A DNA stretch of 28,281 nucleotides from an uncultured Acidimicrobiaceae bacterium (GCA_964479135.1 CAYZKF010000001.1:1-28281); one strand, 5' to 3'; positions 1 through 8,393 are shown, counted from the stretch's first letter. Notes: generated from the letters alone by a model not told the origin. A program made the numbers and translations.

Positions 1-7
1 GTTGCGG

Positions 8-712
8 TCAATGGGGAGTGGCCCCGGGAAAAGCGCACCTCTCCGCCGCCCAGACCGAGGTGAGCAAACGCTCCGCGCCCAGCAAAAGCGACATTCCGAT
101 CAAGACACTGCTGATCACGTCGGAGGGCCAATGGGCACCAAGACGCACCCGGCTGATGGCCACGAGCACCACCACGATTCCGAAAAGTGCGAAGCCGAAA
201 CGCATCAGCCCTCGCCTCTGGGTCAATACCCACAGCAGGAAGGGGACCAGTCCGAATACCACCACCGCATGGATCACATGCCCGCTGGGAAACGACCCCA
301 ACGTGGTGCTGACCAACGGGTCGGATGGGCGGGCGCGGTCGACGATCAGCTTGAGCACCACGTCGGCCAGTTGGGCCGCGGCGATCAGAGCCAGCAAAGT
401 CAGCGCGGCGGCGCGACACTGATTCCACAGGATCAAAGCGGCGACCACGCCGACAACCACCGCGATGGCCGGCGAGCCGAGATGGGTTATCAGCGCGGCC
501 AGTGAGTGGTCACCCCCGCCTCCCAGGCCCCGGACCCAATCGGCGATCGGCTGGTCGACGCGCAGAAGCCAATCCGGGCTGGTGGCAGCGATGGTGGAAA
601 CGATCGCGGTGACCACCACGGTGACCACCAGGAGGGCTCGACTTCGAAGGGGGACGCGGAAGAGCCAGGGTGCCTCGTCGGGAAGCCCGGTGTGGATCAG
701 GTGAAGTTTCAT
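8..712 (-). CDS. PAP2-family membrane phosphatase (undecaprenyl-PP/lipid phosphatase-like)
   Basis: PAP2 motifs KLIVDRARP, SFPSGH and SRVRLGAHWPSDV; several hydrophobic segments. Confidence 0.9.
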   Translation of the reverse strand: MKLHLIHTGLPDEAPWLFRVPLRSRALLVVTVVVTAIVSTIAATSPDWLLRVDQPIADWVRGLGGGGDHSLAALITHLGSPAIAVVVGVVAALILWNQCRAAALTLLALIAAAQLADVVLKLIVDRARPSDPLVSTTLGSFPSGHVIHAVVVFGLVPFLLWVLTQRRGLMRFGFALFGIVVVLVAISRVRLGAHWPSDVISSVLIGMSLLLGAERLLTSVWAAERCAFPGATPH

Positions 713-775
713 CGTCCGGTCGCTCCGTTACCCATGCCGACGCAACAAGACCCTTGTCGGCGACGATGAGTTTGG

Positions 776-1438
776 TCACTCCGGACGGGTAAGCGGTGTG
801 CGGGTCAGGATCGGTCGCGCCGATGGTGGGACGGCGACGCCGCGACCTCTGCCCGCCCGCCAGGTCACTGCCGGTCCGATGATCGCCAGTGCCAGGCCAA
901 ACACCACCAGGATGGCCCTGTCGATCGCGGGTTCGCGACCCAAGGCAAACCGTAGGGCGAATCCCAGCCCCAACACCGCCAGTATCCCGGGGAGCCATCG
1001 CGGGGCGAGCCGGAGAGTGTGCATTGCGACGATGGCAAATCCGAAGGCCAGCACCATGCTGATCGCCCAGATCCACGCGACTTGCTCGATGTACCCACCG
1101 GGGTTGAAGAAATTCCAGGTGGCCCCGAAAAGGACCACCAAGACGAGAGCCAGTGAGATCCCGCCCACGAACCCGTAGACAGCCAGGGGCCGGAGACCCG
1201 ACTCGGTGCGGCTGGAAGCGCCCGCGCCGGCACGGATCTCGTCGACGAGGGCGGCCCCGGTAAGCCGAACCCGACGTTCGGCACTGGCGTCGCCTCTCAG
1301 TCGACGCACCGCGTCGCCGACGAGGAGCCCGATGGAGATGAGGAATCCGCCGGCGAGCGCCCCGGGAATGAAGACGAAGAGGCTGCCCGGGTCGACCCGG
1401 TCGCCACTGGCCGCATGCCGGGGTACCCGACCGATCAC
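776..1438 (-). CDS. Hypothetical integral membrane protein (~220 aa)
   Basis: Multiple TM-like segments. Likely GTG start at 1438 overlaps the upstream stop (GTGA) with GGAGG just upstream; the ORF-track start at 1678 lies inside the dikinase gene. Confidence 0.7.
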   Translation of the reverse strand: MIGRVPRHAASGDRVDPGSLFVFIPGALAGGFLISIGLLVGDAVRRLRGDASAERRVRLTGAALVDEIRAGAGASSRTESGLRPLAVYGFVGGISLALVLVVLFGATWNFFNPGGYIEQVAWIWAISMVLAFGFAIVAMHTLRLAPRWLPGILAVLGLGFALRFALGREPAIDRAILVVFGLALAIIGPAVTWRAGRGRGVAVPPSARPILTRTPLTRPE

Positions 1439-4059
1439 CCGGCCACCTCCGCCAGTTTCACCGAATCGGCGTCGTCTTCGACGTCTCGGATGAGGACGGT
1501 GCCTTCGTCGCCGTCGACACGGAGTGACACCGATGGGTGTGACGCCAGCCGGTCGAGAAGACCGGGGACGTTGAGCACGGCCGGCAGACCCAGCTCGCGA
1601 GCAATGATTGCGGCATGCGAAAGCGGCCCTCCCTCTTCGACCACGATGGCGCCGGCGGTGAGGAAGAGCGGAGTCCACGCCGGATCAGTGGTCCGGGCAA
1701 CGAGGACGTCTCCGGGCTCGATTGGCTCCGTTGCCGCCGAGATGACTCGGGCCCTGCCTTCGTACACGCCGGCGCTCGCTCCCCAACCGGTGAAGGTGTC
1801 GCCGGTGGGAGCGGTCGAGTCACCGAGGCGTCGGCTCGGGTCCCCGACGAAGACCTGTGGAAGCGAGTCGTCGTCGGACAGGATTTTCAGGACGTTCCGT
1901 CGCCTCTCGATCTCCCATCGGCTCGGCCAGCTTTTTCCCCTGACCGCCGGTTCGAGCTCCTGTGAAGCCATCAAGTCGACGTCGGTGGCTGCCTCGAGCA
2001 CACCCGAGGCGTGGAGGCGATGCCCCAGGGCGAGATGTGTTCGCCTGACTTCTCCCCCGAGGGCGAGCACCGCCGACTTTGTCTTCTCACGAAGATGGAG
2101 GAACTCGACGGCGTCGGCCACCAGGCGGCGGAGAAGTCGCCGACGAACGTCGATGAACTGGGCCGTCAAGACGCGTTGCATGCGCCACTTCCACGAGGTC
2201 GCCAGGCGAGACTCGATCTCGTCGAGGAGAACATGACGGGCACCGGGATCGATCAGGTCCCGGCGACCCGATTGCGCCACCTGGATCGCCTGGCTCATCA
2301 ACCGCCAGGCGAGGTCTGGCGACTCCGCCCAAGTCTCGCCGGAGAAAACCGACGCCGAGCCGGAACGACCCAGCTCCTGTTCGAATTCGGCGAGGAACCG
2401 CGCCTGCGGCAGGCTGGTCTGGAAGTCGGCCAGGGCGGGCGCGTCGCCTTGGGCGAGTCCGACCATCGAGGCGGCGAGTTCCTCGTCCTGAAGGGCAAAC
2501 GCGGCCAGGTCGCAGGTGTGTAGGGCGACCTGGGCTCCGCAAGGGTCGATTCCTCCAGCAGTGAGCTGTTGAGCGAGACTCATCGCCTCGTCACCGAGGT
2601 GGGACTGGAGAAACAGCTCGACGCCGCGATAGGCCGCGGCGGCAGCAGCAGCTACCGAGATCTCGGCGGCCATCAGCCGACCGGCAAGGTCCAGAGCTCG
2701 GTGCCGGTACGCCAGGAGCTGTTCGGTGCTGACCAGGTCGCAGTCGGGCGGTTGGTCGACGAGTCTCTCTGTGGCGTCGATGCAGACATGGGCCTCAAAC
2801 CGGAAGCCGCGGCGGGCGTTGATCTCCCGGAAGCCGGTCAACATCGATCGCAACCCTTTGAACGGCCCCCGCCTCGCCGTCTCGGGAAACTCGGCTGCTT
2901 CGCTGACCACCCGGCCGAAGTACTGCCTCTCGATCTCTTCGGCGGATCCGCCGGGGACCAGGACCGCGGCTTCCTTCATCAGGTCGAGGCTGAGGACGGC
3001 GCGCCCCCGAACGCGGGCCAGAAAGGGGCGGCCATCGGCGGCGGGAGGCAGTGCTCGCATCCGATCGAACAGCCGCCGGAATCCGTTCTCCAGCAACGGC
3101 GCCGCCGTGGTCCACTGGAGTGGGGGCAGCACCCCGGGGAGCGACTCGGCGATCCCGGCCGTCGTATAGGCATCGTCGGGCCCTATGTCGGTGTCGAACC
3201 CGTCGTCGCTACCCCTTGTGGGGGTGGTGGTTATCGGTCGGGTCTGCACGATGTAGAGGCGTTCGCCATCGTGGGCCCATTCGACGTCCTGGGGCCGGCC
3301 GAATCGCCGTTCCAGGTCCAGGGCGACTTCGATCGCCTCGTCGAGTACCGGGTCAACCGACCGGCGCAGTGCCGACGTACGGGGTAGGACATGTGCCCCG
3401 GGGGTCACCTCGCCCGACACCAGTTGATCACCGAAGCCATCAACGGCTTCGATCCGTAGGTCGCTCCCTGACCCGGTCGGATTCACGGTGAAGATGACCC
3501 CGGCCCGCCGGGCCTGGACGAGACGCATAACCACCACGGACATGGCGAGGTCGTCTTCTGGCACGCCGGAGTGCGCCCGATAGGTCCGTGGTGCCGGCAA
3601 CCACAGCGACGCCCAAACCAGTTTCACCGTGCGAAGCAGGTTCTCGGGGTCGTTGACATCGAGGAACGACCGGTACTGACCGGCGAAAGAGGCTGAAGCC
3701 ATGTCCTCGGCGGTCGCCGACGATCGAACGGCAAGGGGGGCGCCGTCCCCAACCGAAGACGCCAACTCGATGATCTCATCGGCCAGAGCATCGGGGAATG
3801 GGGCCTCGAGGAAAGCCTGGTCGACGCGCCGGACCACATCGTCGAGGTCCGCCTGATCGGGGAGGCCCTCGCTGCGGAGTTCGTCGATGAAGTCCTGCAG
3901 TCCGGAATCCCGGACAAACCACCTGTAGCCGAACGTGGTGATCGATCCGGTCGAAGGGACAGGCATACCCATCCCGATCAACTGGTTGAGCGCAAAACCC
4001 TTGCCTCCAACCCAGCCAAGCTCGACCGGCGTCCCATCGAAGACGAGGGTTGCTCTCAA
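1435..4059 (-). CDS. PEP/pyruvate-binding (ATP-grasp) + C-terminal His-swivel dikinase; rifamycin phosphotransferase/PigC-like architecture
   Basis: N-terminal GGKG, AVRSSATAED..SFAGQY and DVEWA..LYIVQTRP motifs; C-terminal GGPLSHAAIIARELGLPAV phospho-His motif; TTG start overlapping the upstream TGA. Confidence 0.88.
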   Translation of the reverse strand: MRATLVFDGTPVELGWVGGKGFALNQLIGMGMPVPSTGSITTFGYRWFVRDSGLQDFIDELRSEGLPDQADLDDVVRRVDQAFLEAPFPDALADEIIELASSVGDGAPLAVRSSATAEDMASASFAGQYRSFLDVNDPENLLRTVKLVWASLWLPAPRTYRAHSGVPEDDLAMSVVVMRLVQARRAGVIFTVNPTGSGSDLRIEAVDGFGDQLVSGEVTPGAHVLPRTSALRRSVDPVLDEAIEVALDLERRFGRPQDVEWAHDGERLYIVQTRPITTTPTRGSDDGFDTDIGPDDAYTTAGIAESLPGVLPPLQWTTAAPLLENGFRRLFDRMRALPPAADGRPFLARVRGRAVLSLDLMKEAAVLVPGGSAEEIERQYFGRVVSEAAEFPETARRGPFKGLRSMLTGFREINARRGFRFEAHVCIDATERLVDQPPDCDLVSTEQLLAYRHRALDLAGRLMAAEISVAAAAAAAYRGVELFLQSHLGDEAMSLAQQLTAGGIDPCGAQVALHTCDLAAFALQDEELAASMVGLAQGDAPALADFQTSLPQARFLAEFEQELGRSGSASVFSGETWAESPDLAWRLMSQAIQVAQSGRRDLIDPGARHVLLDEIESRLATSWKWRMQRVLTAQFIDVRRRLLRRLVADAVEFLHLREKTKSAVLALGGEVRRTHLALGHRLHASGVLEAATDVDLMASQELEPAVRGKSWPSRWEIERRRNVLKILSDDDSLPQVFVGDPSRRLGDSTAPTGDTFTGWGASAGVYEGRARVISAATEPIEPGDVLVARTTDPAWTPLFLTAGAIVVEEGGPLSHAAIIARELGLPAVLNVPGLLDRLASHPSVSLRVDGDEGTVLIRDVEDDADSVKLAEVAG

Positions 4060-4373
4060 CTAGGCGTCTCGTCCGGTTCCGAATCCACCCCGTAGCGATC
4101 CGCGTAGGTGGCGATCGCCCGGTCGGTCACCGCGGTGAGTGACTCGCCCGAGATCGACGCCCGGTCCCGGAGCCATGCCACCAGATCGCGGCGAATCGGA
4201 ATCGCGGGGCGGCGGGACTCGACGCGGGAGAGAAGCACCAGGTTGAGCGCCAGACCGAGAGCGAAGATGACGAATAGGTCCCAGTCGCCGCTGATCCCGG
4301 CATCGATCGATCCGATGACGAGAACCAAGACGCTGGCGACGATGAGGGTCCTGACGAATCCGGTCGGGCTCAA
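4056..4373 (-). CDS. Small hypothetical membrane protein (2 TM), first gene of the dikinase operon
   Basis: Two hydrophobic segments; GGAGGAG RBS upstream of TTG; stop overlaps the next start. Confidence 0.75.
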   Translation of the reverse strand: MSPTGFVRTLIVASVLVLVIGSIDAGISGDWDLFVIFALGLALNLVLLSRVESRRPAIPIRRDLVAWLRDRASISGESLTAVTDRAIATYADRYGVDSEPDETPS

Positions 4374-4544
4374 TTAAGACTCCTCCCATCGCTCGATTTC
4401 GGGCCGCGGAGCATACAACCGCTCACCTGGGAACAGAGTCCAAATCCCCCCGGTCGGGGCCCCAATCACATGCGGGTCCTGAACAACCACGGCCGGTGAG
4501 GGTACGGGGTAGCCGGGGCGGTCGCAGACGTGTCCCTTCTGTCC

Positions 4545-4571
4545 GGTGGGCGTTTACGGACTCGAACCGCC
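4545..4571 (-). repeat. Displaced copy of the tRNA-Val 3' end (att-like direct repeat)
   Basis: ggtgggcgtttacggactcgaaccgcc matches 5487-5513 (ggtgggcgttgacggactcgaaccgcc) at 26/27 nt in the same orientation. Confidence 0.9.
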
Positions 4572-4599
4572 CCGACCACCCCATCAAGACCCGATCTCC

Positions 4600-4628
4600 G
4601 TGACAACTCCGATCCTTCAGTCGAGAAT
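4600..4628 (+). promoter_or_regulatory. Putative sigma70-type promoter for a leaderless hydrolase transcript
   Basis: GTGACA-N17-GAGAAT, followed 6 nt later by the GTG at 4635. Confidence 0.4.
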
Positions 4629-4634
4629 CTGGGT

Positions 4635-5450
4635 GTGTTGCGTGGGATCGCCGCCGTCGTGGTCGTGCTGGCCATCATCCTCGCCTTACTCTGGATCTCG
4701 CAGCGCCGGATGATCTACTTCCCGACTCAGACAGTGCCGTCAGCAGCGGCTGTCAACCCGGCGATCGAAGAGGTGAGTTACCCGACCGCTGACGGCCTCA
4801 CGTTGAAGGCGTGGTTTGTCCCCGCTTCAGGGGACCCAATCGGTGCGGTCGTGATCTTCAACGGCAACGCAGGGAACCGCGCCCATCGACTCCCACTCGG
4901 CGAGGCTCTCTCCGAGTCGGGTTACTCGGTCTTGCTGGTTGATTACCGCGGGTACGGAGGGAACCCGGGCAACCCCGGTGAGGAGGGGTTGGCTGCCGAC
5001 GCCCGGGCCGCCCTCGCCTATGTGAAATCTCGCCCAGAGGCCGATCCGAGGCGGATCGCATACTTTGGAGAGTCTCTGGGAGCGGGAGTAGCCGTGAGAC
5101 TCGCAGCAGAGGAAACCCCGGCGGCTCTCCTGCTCCGGTCGCCTTTTACTTCCCTGGCCGACGTCGCCTCAGTCCACTACCCATTGGTGCCGGCCTCGTT
5201 GCTCCTCCGTGACCGCTATCCCAATATCGACACCATCGGCGGCATCACAGTCCCGCTCCTTGTCATCGCGGGGTCGGACGACAGAATCGTCCCCCTTGAG
5301 GGCAGCCGACGTCTCTTCGAAGCAGCAAATGAGCCCAAACACCTGGTGGTCATCGATGGCGCTGACCACAACGACCTGGCTCTTCTCGCCGGAGAGGAGA
5401 TGATCGGAGAGATCGTGACATTTCTCCGGGAGGCGTTGGCCAACGACTGA
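4635..5450 (+). CDS. Alpha/beta hydrolase with N-terminal membrane anchor (Bem46/ABHD13-like)
   Basis: FNGNAGN, VDYRGYG, GESLG nucleophile motif, GSDDRIV and ADHND; likely start GTG 4635 (the ORF-track start at 4530 runs through the att repeat). Confidence 0.9.
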   Translation: MLRGIAAVVVVLAIILALLWISQRRMIYFPTQTVPSAAAVNPAIEEVSYPTADGLTLKAWFVPASGDPIGAVVIFNGNAGNRAHRLPLGEALSESGYSVLLVDYRGYGGNPGNPGEEGLAADARAALAYVKSRPEADPRRIAYFGESLGAGVAVRLAAEETPAALLLRSPFTSLADVASVHYPLVPASLLLRDRYPNIDTIGGITVPLLVIAGSDDRIVPLEGSRRLFEAANEPKHLVVIDGADHNDLALLAGEEMIGEIVTFLREALAND

Positions 5451-5484
5451 GCGGAAGTGTCTCCGCCACCTGGAGAGACCGCTC
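5449..5484. terminator. Imperfect hairpin between the convergent hydrolase and tRNA-Val
   Basis: gagcgg...gtctcc-gccacct-ggagagac...ccgctc; no U-tract. Confidence 0.35.
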
Positions 5485-5485
5485 T

Positions 5486-5562
5486 TGGTGGGCGTTGACG
5501 GACTCGAACCGCCGACCCCTGCCTTGTAAGGGCAGTGCTCTAGCCATCTGAGCTAAACGCCC
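5486..5562 (-). tRNA. tRNA-Val (TAC)
   Basis: Reverse complement GGGCGTTTAGCTCAG...CTGCC-CTTACAA-GGCAG...GGTTCGAGTCC...AACGCCCACCA folds as a cloverleaf with encoded CCA. Confidence 0.97.
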
Positions 5563-5633
5563 GCTGGCGCAAATGCTACGAGCTAGCCATTCGTTCAACG
5601 AGTCGGGCCCCGAGTCCGTACCCTGGGCAACTC

Positions 5634-6116
5634 ATGAGTCGTAGCCCTGAAGTCGTGCGACTGGTCTCCGGATTGGTGGGCACCTGGGCCGGTCAGGGAG
5701 AAGGCGGCTATCCCACTATCGAACCCTTCCGCTATCGGGAGATACTCGAGATCACCGGACGCAGCGACCATCCCGCCCTCCACTACCAACAGCAGACCTG
5801 GCGGGAGACACCGGAGGGAGAGGAGCCCTCCCATTGGGAGACCGGCTTCTTGCGGATCTCGAGTGACGGCACGCTGACCGGCTTCAACGCCCAGGGCGGT
5901 CGAGCCGAGGCGATGAACGGGGTGTGGGTCGCCAACGGCGACACCTGGGTGATCACACTCGAAGGGTACGAATACGCCGGCGACGACCGCGTCATCAAGT
6001 CGGTACGCACCCTGACACTCGACTCCGATTTCCTCGGTTATCGAATGTCGATGCTGACAAGCGCTACCATCGACCTCGAGCCCCACCTGAGGGCGAGTCT
6101 GAACCGAGTGTCCTGA
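5634..6116 (+). CDS. Nitrobindin/FABP-like heme-binding beta-barrel (DUF1794 type)
   Basis: [24 protein letters not shown]-terminus, HWETGFLR and C-terminal PHLRASL with the proximal His. Confidence 0.85.
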   Translation: MSRSPEVVRLVSGLVGTWAGQGEGGYPTIEPFRYREILEITGRSDHPALHYQQQTWRETPEGEEPSHWETGFLRISSDGTLTGFNAQGGRAEAMNGVWVANGDTWVITLEGYEYAGDDRVIKSVRTLTLDSDFLGYRMSMLTSATIDLEPHLRASLNRVS

Positions 6117-6229
6117 CCGGGGTATCTCCCGCCTCGGGCCTCGTCAACCGTTCTGTGAGTATCTCGGCAGTCCCCCTCTGCCACGACCTGCACGGAACGC
6201 TATTGGGTCTTTGTGCCCATTCAGTCCTC

Positions 6230-6238
6230 TGTGGATAA
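6230..6238. promoter_or_regulatory. Single consensus DnaA box upstream of the sigma gene
   Basis: TGTGGATAA is the reverse complement of TTATCCACA; a TTGACA hexamer lies at 6254-6259. Confidence 0.3.
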
Positions 6239-6312
6239 ACGTCGATAGTGATATTGACAAATGCCATTGGGTGGCCAGTGCTGTTCCTACGCTGGCCGAT
6301 GAGCGCGAGAGT

Positions 6313-7239
6313 ATGAGCAGGTCTATCGAACGAGAAGTGAGCGACGAGGCGATCCGTCAATATTTGGACGGAATCGGCACCTTCGATCTGCTGACCGCCG
6401 AGGACGAAGTCCGACTCGCCAAGGCGATCGAGACCGGCCGCAAGGCCGAGATCTCGCTCGAATCCGAGAAGGATCCCACCAAGCGGCGTCAACTCGGCCA
6501 GTTGGTCAGGGCCGGCGAAGAAGCCCGTCAGACCTTCATCCGCTCCAACCTCCGCCTGGTGGTCTCAATCGCCAAGCGGTACGGCCACGCCAAGCTCCCC
6601 TTCCTCGACCTGGTTCAGGAGGGCAACCTCGGTCTGATCCGTGCCGTCGAAAAGTTCGAATATCGCAAAGGCTTCAAGTTCTCCACCTACGCCACCTGGT
6701 GGATCCGACAGGCGATCACCCGGGCCATCGCCGACAAGTCCCGCACCATCCGGGTCCCGGTCCACATGATGGACACAATCACTCAGATGCAGACCGCCGA
6801 GGCCAACCTGACCAAGCGCGCCGGTCGCAAGCCCACCGACGAGGAGCTCGCCCAGGAGTCGGGCCTCACTGTGGAGAAGATCCGGGAGGCTCGCAAAGTG
6901 GCCCCCGAGCCGGTCTCCATCTTCGAGCCGGTCGGTGAAGACAACGCCATGCTCGGTGACTTCATCGAAGATCTCGAGGCCACCGCGCCTTTCGAGCTGA
7001 TCGCCTCCAAGCTCAACATCGAGAACCTGCGATTCGTCCTCGACCGTCTCAACGAACGGGAGCGGATCATCATCGAGATGCGTTACGGGTTGGGCGACCG
7101 TGAGCCGGCCACCCTCGACGAGGTGGGCCGCCACTTCAACGTCACCCGTGAGCGCATCCGCCAGATCGAGGCCAAAGCGCTGGCCAAGATGCGACACCCG
7201 TCCACTCCCGGAGGTCTCCGGGAGATGGCCGTCGGCTGA
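6313..7239 (+). CDS. RpoD/SigA-family sigma-70 factor lacking region 1.1
   Basis: Region 1.2 ([10 protein letters not shown]), region 2 ([51 protein letters not shown]) and region 4 ([25 protein letters not shown]); ATG at 6313. Confidence 0.95.
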   Translation: MSRSIEREVSDEAIRQYLDGIGTFDLLTAEDEVRLAKAIETGRKAEISLESEKDPTKRRQLGQLVRAGEEARQTFIRSNLRLVVSIAKRYGHAKLPFLDLVQEGNLGLIRAVEKFEYRKGFKFSTYATWWIRQAITRAIADKSRTIRVPVHMMDTITQMQTAEANLTKRAGRKPTDEELAQESGLTVEKIREARKVAPEPVSIFEPVGEDNAMLGDFIEDLEATAPFELIASKLNIENLRFVLDRLNERERIIIEMRYGLGDREPATLDEVGRHFNVTRERIRQIEAKALAKMRHPSTPGGLREMAVG

Positions 7240-7245
7240 GTGTTA

Positions 7246-7560
7246 TCAAGCCGATCTGACCAGCTCCAGGAGGGCACCTCGGTCTGCTTCGACAGGGAGA
7301 TCTGCCTCAGCATGGCGGGGTCTCCCCCGGCCTCGTCGGCGGTGGTAGGCCCGGCCATCCCAAAAGATGACCCCGCCCCATACTCCCCATTCCAGGTTCT
7401 ATTGGAGAGCCAGCTCCAAACATCGGGAGCGCACCGGGCATCGGGCGCAAATGCTCTGCGCCTGAGCCAGGTCGGCCGGGCTCTCCGAGAAGAAGAGCTC
7501 ATGGCTCCCCTCGTCGGTACATCGGCCGTCTTCTTGTAGTTCTCTAAGCAAGTGGTTCAC
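7246..7560 (-). pseudogene. whiB7: WhiB7/WblC-like transcription factor interrupted by an in-frame TAG at codon 54 (7399-7401)
   Basis: GTG 7560 with GAGG RBS. Translation: MNHLLRELQEDGRC...LFF...ICARCPVRSRCLELALQ*NLEWGVWGGVIFWDGRAYHRRRGRGRPRHAE...VRSA*. Four Cys, GVWGG and the RGRPR AT-hook are all in one frame. Confidence 0.88.
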
Positions 7561-7593
7561 GTCGAAACCTCGTTCTTCCGATTCGGAGGCGGC

Positions 7594-7624
7594 AAACAAA
7601 AAGCCGCCGGGTGACTCCGGCGGC
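7594..7624 (-). terminator. Intrinsic terminator (attenuator) in the whiB7 leader
   Basis: Minus strand reads GCCGCCGG-agtcac-CCGGCGGC-TTTTTGTTT, ending ~33 nt before the whiB7 start. Confidence 0.85.
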
Positions 7625-7653
7625 CGCATTTCGGAGAGTTGTTGGTCGTCACA

Positions 7654-7767
7654 TCACATGACGAGAGGCCGCCGTCGGGTCTGATTCATGCCTGCGTCCG
7701 TGCCGGTCGGGGCGGACTGGCAGAATTTGCCCGTGGCATTGGGTCCGGTCTTACGCAGTCTGATCAC
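7654..7767 (-). CDS. Putative leader peptide (uORF) of the whiB7 attenuator
   Basis: GTG 7767 with GAGAGG RBS gives MIRLRKTGPNATGKFCQSAPTGTDAGMNQTRRRPLVM*; an internal ATG at 7689 gives an 11-aa version. It ends ~30 nt before the terminator. Confidence 0.5.
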   Translation of the reverse strand: MIRLRKTGPNATGKFCQSAPTGTDAGMNQTRRRPLVM

Positions 7768-7887
7768 AAAGGCACCCCTCTCTCGACGCCGCCATCATCG
7801 CCGATCCCCCCTCCCTTCGTCAAGGCAATAACTCGATTCAGCCACACCGCTCGGTGGTGGAGGTATCTGAACGCCTAGAGTCGCACC

Positions 7888-8346
7888 GTGATCAAGTTCA
7901 TCTTCCGACTGTTCAAGTATGCCCTGGTGACAGCCGTCGGCTTGGCGGCGGCCGCCAAGATGGTCCTTCAGTCGAGCGCCGGACCGGAGACCGAGGAGAT
8001 CGACATGGTCTCCATCTTCGAAGGCACGGTCCTGGTGTCGAACGCCGACCCTTTCTATGGGGGAAAGATCCTCGGGATGTTCTCCGGAGTCGCCCTCGAC
8101 ATGCGTAAGGCGACACCCTCCCCGACCGGGGTCCACCTCGATCTGGCGGTGGTCTTCGGTGGGGTAACCCTGGTCGTCCCCGAAGGCTGGCGGATTCGCT
8201 CCGAGCTCAACGTGGTCATGGGAGGTTTCGCCGACCAGACCCGGACCACCGCCGACCCCGACGTCCCCACCGTGACCCTGAACGGCATCGTGGTCATGGG
8301 TGGTGTCCAGGCATCGTCGAAGCCGATCGTCGAGGTGGTGACCTGA
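7888..8346 (+). CDS. LiaF/DUF2154-like cell-wall-stress protein
   Basis: N-terminal hydrophobic anchor and Gly-rich beta repeats (MFSGVALDMR, VFGGVTLVVPEGW, VMGGF). Confidence 0.65.
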   Translation: MIKFIFRLFKYALVTAVGLAAAAKMVLQSSAGPETEEIDMVSIFEGTVLVSNADPFYGGKILGMFSGVALDMRKATPSPTGVHLDLAVVFGGVTLVVPEGWRIRSELNVVMGGFADQTRTTADPDVPTVTLNGIVVMGGVQASSKPIVEVVT

Positions 8347-8393
8347 CGACGGCACGAATCGAAGCCAGTCGCCTGATCCCCGGTCGAGGCCCC

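Larger units (their letters stand above)
4545..5513. mobile_element. Integrase-less genomic islet at tRNA-Val carrying one alpha/beta hydrolase
   Basis: Bounded by the tRNA 3'-end direct repeat and lying on the 3' side of the tRNA, as expected for tRNA-targeted integration. Confidence 0.65.

Noticed and set aside
4374-4544. Rifamycin-associated element upstream of the RPH-like operon
   Set aside because: No match to the RAE palindrome was seen by eye
7399-7401. Genome-wide TAG recoding (pyrrolysine or alternative code) as the explanation for the whiB7 stop
   Set aside because: TAG serves as a normal terminator for several intact genes here (ends at 9734, 12870, 22410 and 23975), and no pyl genes or CUA-anticodon tRNA are in the window
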